Shown in pieces: positions 39,178 through 48,377 of a stretch of DNA of 64,000 nt. The stretch spans positions 32,001 through 96,000 of the IMG/VR virus record IMGVR_UViG_3300014205_000001; one strand, 5' to 3'. This DNA comes from a virus (taxonomy: Duplodnaviria > Heunggongvirae > Uroviricota > Caudoviricetes). Under the pieces are notes generated by a model. That model ran no database searches, was not told the origin of the DNA, and saw nothing but the letters and a program-made list of their open reading frames with translations. Position numbers and translations under genes: made by a program. The first letter of the stretch is position 1, and every line of letters begins with the position of its first letter.

Positions 39178-39572
39178 GGGACTGCTTGGATTTGATTAGG
39201 TTCATTACTGTCGTAATCAGCATGTAGAGATTTGTTAGAATACTCTTTAACTAAACTTTCAAAAGTAAACGCAAACTTAAAAAATAGCTCAGTTCATAAC
39301 AGAATTGCAGCAGACTTAGGTTACACTGCAGAAACTTCGGTTTCAAAAGCTACTCCTGCTATGGTAGCTGAGTTAGTGTAACAGTCAACTCGAAAGAGTC
39401 GTGCACCCAATTAGCAAACAAAGATAATAATTAAATATCTGAAAAATTAATTCCTGCTTTTTAGTTACATGCCAAAAACTAAATATGTGGACGTCCAGAA
39501 ATGACAATCCTAAACATGTAGAAAATTATAATCGTTGCACTTACTACAGGGGTTCGATTCCCCTCAGTTCCA
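39178..39572 (+). ncRNA. ssrA: tmRNA (SsrA)
   Basis: 5' GGGACUG pairs with 3' CAGUUCC-A (G3:U70); GGAUUUGA; CAUGUAG repeated at P2 positions; T arm GGGGUUCGAUUCCCC; tag ORF 39271-39381. Confidence 0.92.
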
Positions 39573-39615
39573 CTGATCTCTCGTTGTAAGGACACCTCCT
39601 TTAGACTTACAGCAT

Positions 39616-39650
39616 AAAACCCTAACGCTTCAAAAACGTTAGGGTTTTTT
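39616..39650 (+). terminator. Intrinsic terminator after tmRNA
   Basis: aaaaccctaacg...cgttagggtttttt. Confidence 0.8.
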
Positions 39651-39687
39651 ATTTTAAACTATCCAGTATTAAAAGCATATAATTGTT

Positions 39688-39861
39688 ATGGATAATAAAG
39701 AAAATAAACAAGGTTACGTATGGGTCCCTTGGATTTCAGTATCTGCACCTTATGTAATAGTTTCCGATAAAAAAAGAACTCGTAAAGTTTGGCAAATACC
39801 GTTTCATAAACGTATAATTTATTTAATTAAAAATTTATTTACAAAATCAAAACAATTATAA
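39688..39861 (+). CDS. Small hypothetical protein (MDNKENKQGYVWVPWI...)
   Basis: Read manually; follows a TAAAC-N17-ATATA motif and ends 1 nt before the next ATG. Confidence 0.55.
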   Translation: MDNKENKQGYVWVPWISVSAPYVIVSDKKRTRKVWQIPFHKRIIYLIKNLFTKSKQL

Positions 39862-39862
39862 T

Positions 39863-40672
39863 ATGCTAGGAGCAATAATCGGTGACATCTTAGGGTCTCG
39901 CTTTGAAATGAAAAACAACAAGTCAAAAGTATTTGACTTATTCGATATTGAGTGTCACATGACAGATGATTCAGTATTAACAGTAGCAGTCGCAGACGCA
40001 TTCTTGCATGGCAAAGATTACGCAAATACTATTTATCGTTATGGTAATAAATATCCTGATGCAGGATATGGTGCAAAATTTCGTGATTGGTTAAACAACA
40101 AACAAAATCCTCAACCTTATGGCAGTTGGGCGAATGGTTCAGCAATGCGAATTAGTGCACTCGCTTGGTTAATTGATGATTTAATGGTTTTATTAAACGA
40201 AGTTAAAAAATCTGCTGAAGTAACTCATAATCACATTGAAGGTATCAAAGGCGCACAAGCCATTGCGACTTGTATTTTATTAGCACGTAAAGGTTATAGT
40301 AAACAACAAATCAAATTAAGTATTGAAACAATGTTTAAATATGATTTGGATAATACTTTAGATTATTATCGTCAACAAAAATTTGACGTATCGTGTCAAG
40401 GTTCAGTACCTCAAGCCATTGTATCTTTTTTAGAATCAACAGATTTTGAAGATTGTTTACGTACAGCAATTTCTACTGGTGGTGATTCCGATACTGTTGC
40501 ATCTATGGCTTGCGCAATTGGTGAAGCATTTTATGGTACAGAATCAATTTCTAATGGTACCGCAGCATACATTGAAACATTCATAATACAACATCCACAT
40601 TTTATGTATGTTCTTAGTAAATTTTATCAAACACTTCATGAAAATTCTCAGTTATCTCAAGCAAATTCTTAA
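39863..40672 (+). CDS. ADP-ribosylglycohydrolase (DraG/ARH family)
   Basis: GAIIGDILGS, MTDDS, SWANGSAMRIS, THNH.EG, GGDSDT. Confidence 0.93.
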   Translation: MLGAIIGDILGSRFEMKNNKSKVFDLFDIECHMTDDSVLTVAVADAFLHGKDYANTIYRYGNKYPDAGYGAKFRDWLNNKQNPQPYGSWANGSAMRISALAWLIDDLMVLLNEVKKSAEVTHNHIEGIKGAQAIATCILLARKGYSKQQIKLSIETMFKYDLDNTLDYYRQQKFDVSCQGSVPQAIVSFLESTDFEDCLRTAISTGGDSDTVASMACAIGEAFYGTESISNGTAAYIETFIIQHPHFMYVLSKFYQTLHENSQLSQANS

Positions 40673-41252
40673 TTTTTTACAACCTGCACATTTACAACAT
40701 CCTCAATTTCAATATCGTTTTGAAAGAGTTAAACCAACTAAATCAAAACAAATAATTTATGTTGATTTAGATGGTGTTTGTGCTGATTATCGTAAAATAT
40801 ATTTATCCAGATTAGCACATGACCCGGATAACAAATATCCTCAAGCAACTTATGGTTTCTTTATGGAGATGGAAGAAATCAAAGATGCAATAACAGCCGT
40901 AAAAACATTAGCGGAACATTACGATGTGTGGTTCTTATCAGCGCCATCGCATAGAAATCCTATGTGTTTAGCGGAAAAGAATTATTGGGTACGTAAACAT
41001 TTTGGACCTGAATGGCCCGAACGTTTAATATTAGCGAATGATAAATCATTATTACGTGGAGATTATTTAATTGATGATAATGCTACAGGCAGAAATCAAG
41101 AAAATTTTGAAGGTGTGAAAATCTTATTTGATACTTTTAATCCTATTCCTGCACATATTACACAACAATATATAAAATGTAAAAATTGGATTGAAGTCAT
41201 GGAATTTTTCATGTCCCAATTAGCACAAAATAAAAAGAATACGACAATATAA
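40638..41252 (+). CDS. 5'(3')-deoxyribonucleotidase (HAD, NT5C-like)
   Basis: YVDLDGV, LSAP, EKNYWV, DKSLLRGDYLIDD. Confidence 0.88.
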   Translation: MKILSYLKQILNFLQPAHLQHPQFQYRFERVKPTKSKQIIYVDLDGVCADYRKIYLSRLAHDPDNKYPQATYGFFMEMEEIKDAITAVKTLAEHYDVWFLSAPSHRNPMCLAEKNYWVRKHFGPEWPERLILANDKSLLRGDYLIDDNATGRNQENFEGVKILFDTFNPIPAHITQQYIKCKNWIEVMEFFMSQLAQNKKNTTI

Positions 41253-41836
41253 TGATTGAAGAATTATACGTAATTGAATGCGAAAAAAATCCTGTAGTTG
41301 AATATCTTGAACTTACAAAAACTGAAGAAGAAACTGAAAATTCATTCGCTAAACTTACTTTACAGAAACTGAGCAAACAAATTTTCTTTCCACCTACAAT
41401 TTATGAAGTGGATTTGAAATCGTATGTTGCACATTTTTTAAATACAACAATAAAACCTGATATAGATTTAATTGTCGATTTACAAAATCCCAACACAAAT
41501 GTACCTTTTGAAAGACGGGTATCAATGTTAGTAATTAAAGCTTCAATGCAAATTGCAGTAGAAGGCCGTCATAAACCTGGTAACGTAGTTTTGTGTAATT
41601 CTAAAGTTTCAAAATTATTAACAAGTACTGTTACACCTGATATTAAATTAGTAATAAATGAATTTGTTGATGATAATACTTTATATGTTATCAATAAACA
41701 CGAACCTTATGTAGCTGATAATAAAGACAGAGTTTACGCACCCGGATATTATATTTTTAAAAATTCAGAACAATCAGTAATTAGTAGTATTGGTTTATTT
41801 CCTGAAAGACAAATAAAACGAATTTTCATAAAATGA
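41252..41836 (+). CDS. Hypothetical protein, possibly a major-capsid-protein-derived fragment
   Basis: IA.EGR..PGN.V.C segment resembles the gp23 IA..TRRG.GN.II motif. Confidence 0.4.
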   Translation: MIEELYVIECEKNPVVEYLELTKTEEETENSFAKLTLQKLSKQIFFPPTIYEVDLKSYVAHFLNTTIKPDIDLIVDLQNPNTNVPFERRVSMLVIKASMQIAVEGRHKPGNVVLCNSKVSKLLTSTVTPDIKLVINEFVDDNTLYVINKHEPYVADNKDRVYAPGYYIFKNSEQSVISSIGLFPERQIKRIFIK

Positions 41837-42270
41837 AAACATACAAAGGTAAAATAACCAAATCGATCGTAGGTAGTGGAGTTCTTGTGTTTGGTTCTAA
41901 TACTCAAGGACGACATGGTAAAGGAATTGCAAAATTAGCTTTAAGTGATTTTCATGCAATTTATGGTCAAGCAAAAGGAATGCAAGGTCGTAGTTATGCG
42001 ATTATTACGAAAGACTTAACCAAGTCAGAACATCCTTCAATTAGTGTTCAATATATTATTGAACAAATTAAAAATTTATATTTGTTTGCAATTGAACGAC
42101 CTGAATGGAATTTTTATGTACCTTATTCAGGTACAGGTGAAAATCTCAATTCATACACGCCACAACAATTAGCAGCAATGTTTGCACAATATCCAATACC
42201 TGATAACATTGTGTTCGAAGAAACTTTTGCACAATTAATCAGAGAAATAAAAACTAACTCAATATTCTAA
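41833..42270 (+). CDS. Macro-domain-like phage protein
   Basis: VFGSN.QGRHG.G.A..A....AIYGQ..G.QG.SYAI.TK. Confidence 0.55.
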   Translation: MKTYKGKITKSIVGSGVLVFGSNTQGRHGKGIAKLALSDFHAIYGQAKGMQGRSYAIITKDLTKSEHPSISVQYIIEQIKNLYLFAIERPEWNFYVPYSGTGENLNSYTPQQLAAMFAQYPIPDNIVFEETFAQLIREIKTNSIF

Positions 42271-42317
42271 TGGGAGCATTCGTTATTATACTTATCATTC
42301 TTTTAATTTTAGACTAA

Positions 42318-42662
42318 ATGACATTATCAGATCGACTGATTAAAAAAACTCGTAAACCACATTTATGTTTAATGTGTTCACGTACATTTCCTGCCGGTTC
42401 ATCTTTACGATATTGGGTGGGCTTTAATGAAGACAGAGATTTTTGTCATTCATATTGTTGTCTTACGTGTACCGAAATTTTAAAATATAGTCCTGAACAT
42501 AGTTTCCCTGAAGATTTCGTGAAAGAAATGTTAGACAAAAATGAAACTCCAGAAATGTTACTCGACACAATACTTAAAATCAAAGAACAAGTTGACAACA
42601 GTACACAATCTAAGAACGGAACCACAAAATCAACCTACCGATATTTATATTGGGAGGGGTAG
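42318..42662 (+). CDS. Zn-finger hypothetical protein
   Basis: RK.H.C..C ... C..C. Confidence 0.6.
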   Translation: MTLSDRLIKKTRKPHLCLMCSRTFPAGSSLRYWVGFNEDRDFCHSYCCLTCTEILKYSPEHSFPEDFVKEMLDKNETPEMLLDTILKIKEQVDNSTQSKNGTTKSTYRYLYWEG

Positions 42663-42897
42663 TATTTACGGTAATCCGTTTACACATATTAAGAACAAAG
42701 AAACTAAAGCTCAATTCGTAGTAAAGACACGGAAGGAAGCACTTGAAAAGTATCGTGAATATGTACTACAGAATCCTGAACTGTTAGCCAAACTCAGTCT
42801 ATTAAAGAATAAACGACTGTTTTGTTTTTGTAAACCTAAATCATGTCACGGCGATATAATTGTTGAATTGTTACACCCTAAACCAAGTTTATTTTAA
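42541..42897 (+). CDS. DUF4326-like protein
   Basis: DIYIGRGS.YGNPF...R......Y......L..K.L.CFCKP..CHGD; true start probably near 42590. Confidence 0.8.
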   Translation: MKLQKCYSTQYLKSKNKLTTVHNLRTEPQNQPTDIYIGRGSIYGNPFTHIKNKETKAQFVVKTRKEALEKYREYVLQNPELLAKLSLLKNKRLFCFCKPKSCHGDIIVELLHPKPSLF

Positions 42898-43298
42898 TGT
42901 GTGTAACAAAGTATTGCCGAAAGCCAGGTTATCGTGGTAATTATTGTCATTCATGTCAAAAACGACGATATAAAGAACGACATCCTGAACGATATGCGTA
43001 TGGTAATTTAAAGCAAAATGCAAAACGCAGAGGTAAAGAATTTACATTAACTTTTGAACAATTTTTAGCATTTGTAATTAAAACAAATTACATGGTAAGT
43101 AAAGGACGTTTCAAAGAAAGTTATCATATCGATCGAATTGATGAAACTAAAGGTTATACAGTTGATAATATACAAGTTATCACAAATACAGAAAACATTC
43201 GTAAGTTTTTGTCTTATAATTATAATGAACAGGGCAAGCCATGTGACTTTAAAATGACGAAATCAGTTCAATTAAAGGATGAGGATTACCCGTTCTAA
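42897..43298 (+). CDS. HNH-like endonuclease
   Basis: N-terminal Cys cluster, AKRRGKEF.L, IDRID..KGY..DNIQ. Confidence 0.7.
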   Translation: MCVTKYCRKPGYRGNYCHSCQKRRYKERHPERYAYGNLKQNAKRRGKEFTLTFEQFLAFVIKTNYMVSKGRFKESYHIDRIDETKGYTVDNIQVITNTENIRKFLSYNYNEQGKPCDFKMTKSVQLKDEDYPF

Positions 43299-43313
43299 AT
43301 TAATATATAAATC

Positions 43314-43637
43314 ATGCAGCAAAGGTTCATCAAATTGACTACAGAAAATGCAGTTATCACAAACACTAAACCCATTGAGAAATTTTTGGCTTCAACATCC
43401 TTTGATTGGTTGTTGAATTGTGAATTAGACAATGTGGAATTAGAAATTAAGGATAATATTCTGTATTGGAAAAAAGGTGTGATGTATTGGGGCGATTGGA
43501 AATGGGGAGTATGGGAAAGTGGCGAATTTCGTTCAGGTACTTGGCATGGTGGTATTCTGTTAGGTGGAACTGTGAAAGCAAAATGGCTGAATGGCGTAGA
43601 TAAAACAAAACAAACCAATCAGCAGGAAAAAGTATAA
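43314..43637 (+). CDS. Hypothetical protein with W-x-x-G pentapeptide repeats
   Basis: WKKGV.YWGDWKWGVWESGEFRSGTWHGG; TAATATATA upstream. Confidence 0.7.
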   Translation: MQQRFIKLTTENAVITNTKPIEKFLASTSFDWLLNCELDNVELEIKDNILYWKKGVMYWGDWKWGVWESGEFRSGTWHGGILLGGTVKAKWLNGVDKTKQTNQQEKV

Positions 43638-43649
43638 TAACTTTTAGCT

Positions 43650-44105
43650 ATGAAAAAAGTTAAGGATGTTGAAAAATTGCTTTACAAAAATGATTCAATA
43701 TCTCTAGTTCGTATCGATGATTTACTTCATCTTTACAACGATGTAGTTTCCTACAATGAGATATTTGATATTTTGATTTATGGTATTAAAAATAATATTA
43801 AAGATGAAGATTTTTGGAAAATAAAGGTAACTGCTACTGATATTAATAATGCCAAAATGATTAACTTAATATGGTATTTAAGTGGAGATAATAAAGTGTG
43901 GACAGATAATAGAATCTACAAAAAAGATTGGGTCGACATGTTAGATGTATTTCATTTACATTTAGGTGAACGTATCCATAAGATATTGAAACAAACTTCG
44001 TTAAAAGAACTTAAAAAACGAATGATGAACAGAATATCAATTGAAGATTTTTATGAAGTCGCAATGCAACAAAATTTAGTTCATAGTAACGAAACAACAA
44101 TATAA
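43650..44105 (+). CDS. Hypothetical protein
   Basis: 151-aa ORF. Confidence 0.7.
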   Translation: MKKVKDVEKLLYKNDSISLVRIDDLLHLYNDVVSYNEIFDILIYGIKNNIKDEDFWKIKVTATDINNAKMINLIWYLSGDNKVWTDNRIYKKDWVDMLDVFHLHLGERIHKILKQTSLKELKKRMMNRISIEDFYEVAMQQNLVHSNETTI

Positions 44106-44962
44106 TGACAATACTAACAAAACAAAGATTAACGGAATTGACAAAAGATGCAATGCCTAAAAAAGAAATTTCATGGGTTGACCTTGATCATACATTAATC
44201 TTAACAGATGCTAAATGGTGGATTCTGGACAAGAACAAACCTGATACATATTTGTTTCGTGTTTCACAATATGAAGGTACATTAATCCGTACAGGTTTTC
44301 ATAAAGGTGACAACTTACCTATTTATTATAATGGAATTGGTGGATTTTTAAGTAAAGAAATTTGGGATAAAATCCTTAAAATTAAAAAGTTTACGTTAGA
44401 AGACATTGGTGTAAGTTATCGTGAATATACAGATGAAAATTTAATCAATGAACATCTAACCAATTGTATATTTTTTATTGAACGATTCAAAGAAATTAAA
44501 GATCATACTGTTAATATTCTTACAGCTCGTGGCAACAAAGACGGTCACAAAGGAATGATTAATGTAATTGAAACAAAAATGGCTGAAAAAGGTCTTAAAT
44601 TACACGAATCCTATTTTGTAAATGACCCCAAACAAATTAATTTTGGAACTAATTCTGCAGAAAAGAAATTGTTATGTATCATTGAAAAAATTGTAGGATA
44701 TAAAATACATGATTCAGAATTTACACATATCGTCGATGAAACGTACGATGTAAGTAACTTTTTTGATGACGAGGATATAAATATTAGTATTTGTAAAGAT
44801 ATTAATAAATTCATTCGTTTCCTATTAGATAATAGCGAAGAATGGCTACAAGAAAAAATTAGAGTTAGTTTAAATAGCCGTAAACCTATTTTACGTACTC
44901 ATTTAATTAATTCAAATGAAATGAATCCATTTTATACAGAAGAAATAAAAATAGAAATATAA
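44105..44962 (+). CDS. HAD-like phosphatase-fold protein
   Basis: VDLDHTL, ILTARG, FFDDEDIN. Confidence 0.65.
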   Translation: MTILTKQRLTELTKDAMPKKEISWVDLDHTLILTDAKWWILDKNKPDTYLFRVSQYEGTLIRTGFHKGDNLPIYYNGIGGFLSKEIWDKILKIKKFTLEDIGVSYREYTDENLINEHLTNCIFFIERFKEIKDHTVNILTARGNKDGHKGMINVIETKMAEKGLKLHESYFVNDPKQINFGTNSAEKKLLCIIEKIVGYKIHDSEFTHIVDETYDVSNFFDDEDINISICKDINKFIRFLLDNSEEWLQEKIRVSLNSRKPILRTHLINSNEMNPFYTEEIKIEI

Positions 44963-45045
44963 TGTTAATTGAATACGAAATAATTGATATAACAATAGAA
45001 TCAGCATTTGCACCACAACTTGGTATTGCTGAAAGATATAAATAG
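44962..45045 (+). CDS. Small ORF, possible leader peptide MLIEYEIIDITIESAFAPQLGIAERYK
   Basis: Read manually; TAATG-coupled; followed by GC-rich hairpins and a terminator. Confidence 0.45.
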   Translation: MLIEYEIIDITIESAFAPQLGIAERYK

Positions 45046-45115
45046 TCGCCCTGATCAAGTGGGGCACTTAGGACCCGTTATAGTTAACGGTACAAATTAT
45101 TTAATTAATTTGGAA

Positions 45116-45150
45116 GACCAATAGAATTCGCTACTCTATTGGTTTTTTTT
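45116..45150 (+). terminator. Intrinsic terminator
   Basis: gaccaataga...tctattggtt followed by a U-tract. Confidence 0.8.
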
Positions 45151-45257
45151 ATATTGTAGATGTTTTTAAGATTAGTAGTTTTGTAAATTGTGTAATATGT
45201 CATAAATGAAACGTTTTGTTTTAATATATATCTTAAAATAAAACATTTTTTATCAAA

Positions 45258-46088
45258 ATGACAAAAATTAAACACTTTAGAAATATACCTAATACAAGAT
45301 CATCTCATTCTGAATATGTTCTGAATCACAATGAATTAATAGAATATTCACAATGTTATAATTCTATTGATAAATTTTTAGGTACAGTAAGTTTTACTCC
45401 TAATTCAAGATATAAAATAGCATTATATAAATATCAAAAAGAAATTATTGATCATTATCAGCAATATAGATATCGTATTGAAATGTTTTCAAGACAAATG
45501 GAAATGGATAAACTTATGGCTGGTGTATATCTTTGGCAAATGATTTTTAATCCTTCTTATAAAATTATAATATTTGGTTTTAATCGTGATTCAGTTGCAA
45601 AATATTACGATGATATTTTAAATTTATATAAAGGAGTACCATATTATATGCAACCCGGATTAATAACATTAAGTAATGCTAAAAAAATAGAATTTGATAA
45701 TGGGTCTTGTATCGAATTTGCAGTATATAAAAAAAATATAGCATTAGGAAAAAACTATTCAAATTATATTTTTATTGATGCAGCATATTTTTTACATTTT
45801 GAATCTTTTTTTAAATCTATTTATCCAACAATTTCAGCAAGTAAAGATACATCAATTACAATCAATTCGACACCCAATGGGTTAAATTATTTTTATGATT
45901 TAGTTACAGGCTCTGAATTATTCGAAGGCGATCCTTTAAAAAATAGTTTTAATTGTAAACGAGCATATTGGTTTGAAGTTCCGGGTCAAAACAACGAAGA
46001 ATGGAGACTTAAAACAATTAAAGATTTAGGTTCAGAAGAATTGTTTAATAGAGAATATAATTTAATGTTTGTAACAAGTAATAAATAG
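45258..46088 (+). CDS. Terminase large-subunit ATPase-like paralog (degenerate)
   Basis: LYKYQKEII, SRQ, IEFDNGS, STPNGLNYFY, W.EVPG...W...LG.EE.F.REY; Walker motifs altered. Confidence 0.75.
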   Translation: MTKIKHFRNIPNTRSSHSEYVLNHNELIEYSQCYNSIDKFLGTVSFTPNSRYKIALYKYQKEIIDHYQQYRYRIEMFSRQMEMDKLMAGVYLWQMIFNPSYKIIIFGFNRDSVAKYYDDILNLYKGVPYYMQPGLITLSNAKKIEFDNGSCIEFAVYKKNIALGKNYSNYIFIDAAYFLHFESFFKSIYPTISASKDTSITINSTPNGLNYFYDLVTGSELFEGDPLKNSFNCKRAYWFEVPGQNNEEWRLKTIKDLGSEELFNREYNLMFVTSNK

Positions 46089-46144
46089 ACCTATCAAGGG
46101 ACTGCAGTTCTTGCAATATATAAAGTTATAAAATCAATCTAACT

Positions 46145-47116
46145 ATGCAAGAAAACGAAGATCACTTAATGAATTTTATCAAAGATTCAGAGACAAATAA
46201 ACCCAATCAAATGCAAGAAGTTAACCAGAACATGGAACAGTTCGGTAATAATACTCGTCAAAAAGTAGATAAAATCGAAGCTACTTCTGATTGGTTAGAA
46301 ATTCCTTTGCATTATTTACCGTATAACAAATTTTACAAACCAGGAACACGAATTTTGTTACGTCCAGCAAAAACTGCCGAAATTGAATCCTTTGCAGTAA
46401 TTAACGAAAAAAATGAATATGACGTGATCATGAAAACTAACGAAATGTTAGCTGCGTGTTCACAAGTATTATTTGCTGATGGTACAAAAGGTAGTTATCG
46501 TGAAATTCAAAATGGTGATCGTATCACGTTAATTATTTTGATTGCAAAGATGAGTGCAAAGAAAGGACGTAGTATTTCAAAAATCATTACATGTGATTGT
46601 AAAACAGATGTAACTTTAGAGTTCATTCCTGCTAATTACGAATATGCTACTGAAGACGAAGATATTGCACCATATTTTAATCCTAGTTTAGGTATCTATG
46701 AATTTCCTTTAGAATCAGGAGCGGATGTGAAATTAGCACCCCCAACAATAGGTATTCAAGAAGATATTAGTAATTATATTTTCGTACAGACAATGAAAAG
46801 TGGAGGTAAGAAATTACCTAACTTAGCATTTATGCAGACAATTCCTTCAATGAAAGCAGGTTTACGTGTTTCTAAAAAAATGACACCTGAACAATTAGAA
46901 CAAGAAGAATATAACTTTAGTAAAATGAATAGTGATATGTTTATTTTCGCCCACGACGTTGTAATGAATAAAATGGATTTTGGTGTAAAATCTGTGAAAT
47001 GTTCATGTCCAAATTGTGGAGAGGAGGTGCGGGCCGAATTTGGCTATCCCGACGGACCTAGAGCTCTTTTCATTGTTCCTAATCCCTTTAAACAATTTAT
47101 TAGACAATCAGTTTGA
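46145..47116 (+). CDS. Baseplate hub assembly protein (T4 gp26-like)
   Basis: LP...FY....I..RP....E, C.C, terminal CPNCG. Confidence 0.6.
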   Translation: MQENEDHLMNFIKDSETNKPNQMQEVNQNMEQFGNNTRQKVDKIEATSDWLEIPLHYLPYNKFYKPGTRILLRPAKTAEIESFAVINEKNEYDVIMKTNEMLAACSQVLFADGTKGSYREIQNGDRITLIILIAKMSAKKGRSISKIITCDCKTDVTLEFIPANYEYATEDEDIAPYFNPSLGIYEFPLESGADVKLAPPTIGIQEDISNYIFVQTMKSGGKKLPNLAFMQTIPSMKAGLRVSKKMTPEQLEQEEYNFSKMNSDMFIFAHDVVMNKMDFGVKSVKCSCPNCGEEVRAEFGYPDGPRALFIVPNPFKQFIRQSV

Positions 47117-47336
47117 GTTCATGATGCAAACTCACCAACAAAATAGTGAGATCATGAAGTTACCGTATTGGAAATTTGAATTGTTCATTGAACGTTTAAA
47201 TAAACGAAACGAAGAATTAGATAAACGTAATCGTAAAGAAGCTGAAGAACAAAAGAAACAACAATCACAAATGGGAAGTTTAGGAAACGTTAATCCTAGT
47301 TCCTTTATGAATAAATTTAAAAGCCCTAAATTTTAA
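47073..47336 (+). CDS. Baseplate hub assembly chaperone-like small protein (gp51-like)
   Basis: L.NLL..QF.FM......SEI..LPYW.F......L pattern; start uncertain, overlaps the previous gene. Confidence 0.5.
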   Translation: MFLIPLNNLLDNQFEFMMQTHQQNSEIMKLPYWKFELFIERLNKRNEELDKRNRKEAEEQKKQQSQMGSLGNVNPSSFMNKFKSPKF

Positions 47337-47389
47337 TAAATTTAGGGTTTTTTAATATATACAGATATAAAAACATCTAATCAGCACAA

Positions 47390-48331
47390 ATGATTACAAA
47401 TTTAAACGATTTCCGTAAAAAATTAAATGAAAATCACATGGATTTTCCAAGCCCTGAACAAAATCCGTCTCCAACAGACAATCCGTCTCCGGCTGAAAAT
47501 CCAAGTCAACAAGAACAAGTTGATAATACTGTAACTTTACGTAATGCTTTAAATAATTTATTAAAACAAAATGATCAATACTTTATTGAAATGTATATTC
47601 GTGGATATAATTTACACAGTGGAGGAGCATCCGAACATGAAACTGATCCTAGTTTTTTAAATGGTATGGTTAGAGAATCACGTTCTGATATTAGATATGT
47701 ATTGTCTGAATTTGAAGAATTTTATGAACAAATGATGGCAACTGAAAAATTTGACATTATTGTTAATGATGGCGATAAATTAATGTCTGCATGTGCAGCA
47801 TACGCAAATGGTGCTGATTTGTTAGATTTTGTTCATTTAGAAAAAAGAATGATTAAAGAAGGAAATGCTACAGTAACGATTCCTGGTGTGACAACTACGG
47901 AACAATTAGCAGCACATATTATGCAAGGAGTACAAAAAGCAATGGACGTATTTACTGCACAACAAAAAATGCCTAAAATTACTGTATCTGTTAAAGGAGA
48001 ATATTTAAATGGATTATCCCAAACTTTTACAGAAGATGAATTAGGAGTATTTAAACACGGTGTTAAACACGCACAAATACAGATTAGTAATGCATCAAAA
48101 TTAAATATTGAAGAATCAGGTATGGTTGGTCAAATCGTTTGGGGAACTTTTAGTTTACGTTATGAAGTTCTTTCAGGTGGTAGTAATGGAGTTCCTTATA
48201 TGTATACTGATAAAGATGATCAGTTTATGTATGACATTGCAGCTAATAAATTTTTTACACGTAATGACTATTTTTCCTCGTTAAAAGAAAAACGTGTTAC
48301 AGGTTATAATACAAAAAGAAATGTTAAATAA
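47390..48331 (+). CDS. Putative capsid-targeted internal protein
   Basis: MITNLNDFRKKLNE; TAATATATA upstream. Confidence 0.6.
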   Translation: MITNLNDFRKKLNENHMDFPSPEQNPSPTDNPSPAENPSQQEQVDNTVTLRNALNNLLKQNDQYFIEMYIRGYNLHSGGASEHETDPSFLNGMVRESRSDIRYVLSEFEEFYEQMMATEKFDIIVNDGDKLMSACAAYANGADLLDFVHLEKRMIKEGNATVTIPGVTTTEQLAAHIMQGVQKAMDVFTAQQKMPKITVSVKGEYLNGLSQTFTEDELGVFKHGVKHAQIQISNASKLNIEESGMVGQIVWGTFSLRYEVLSGGSNGVPYMYTDKDDQFMYDIAANKFFTRNDYFSSLKEKRVTGYNTKRNVK

Positions 48332-48377
48332 TAGAATAATATTTCACATTTAAAAATATAATTATACAATTGTAATA

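Noticed and set aside
42897-43298. HNH gene as part of an intron or mobile element
   Set aside because: It is free-standing and translationally coupled; no interrupted host gene or intron structure is evident.
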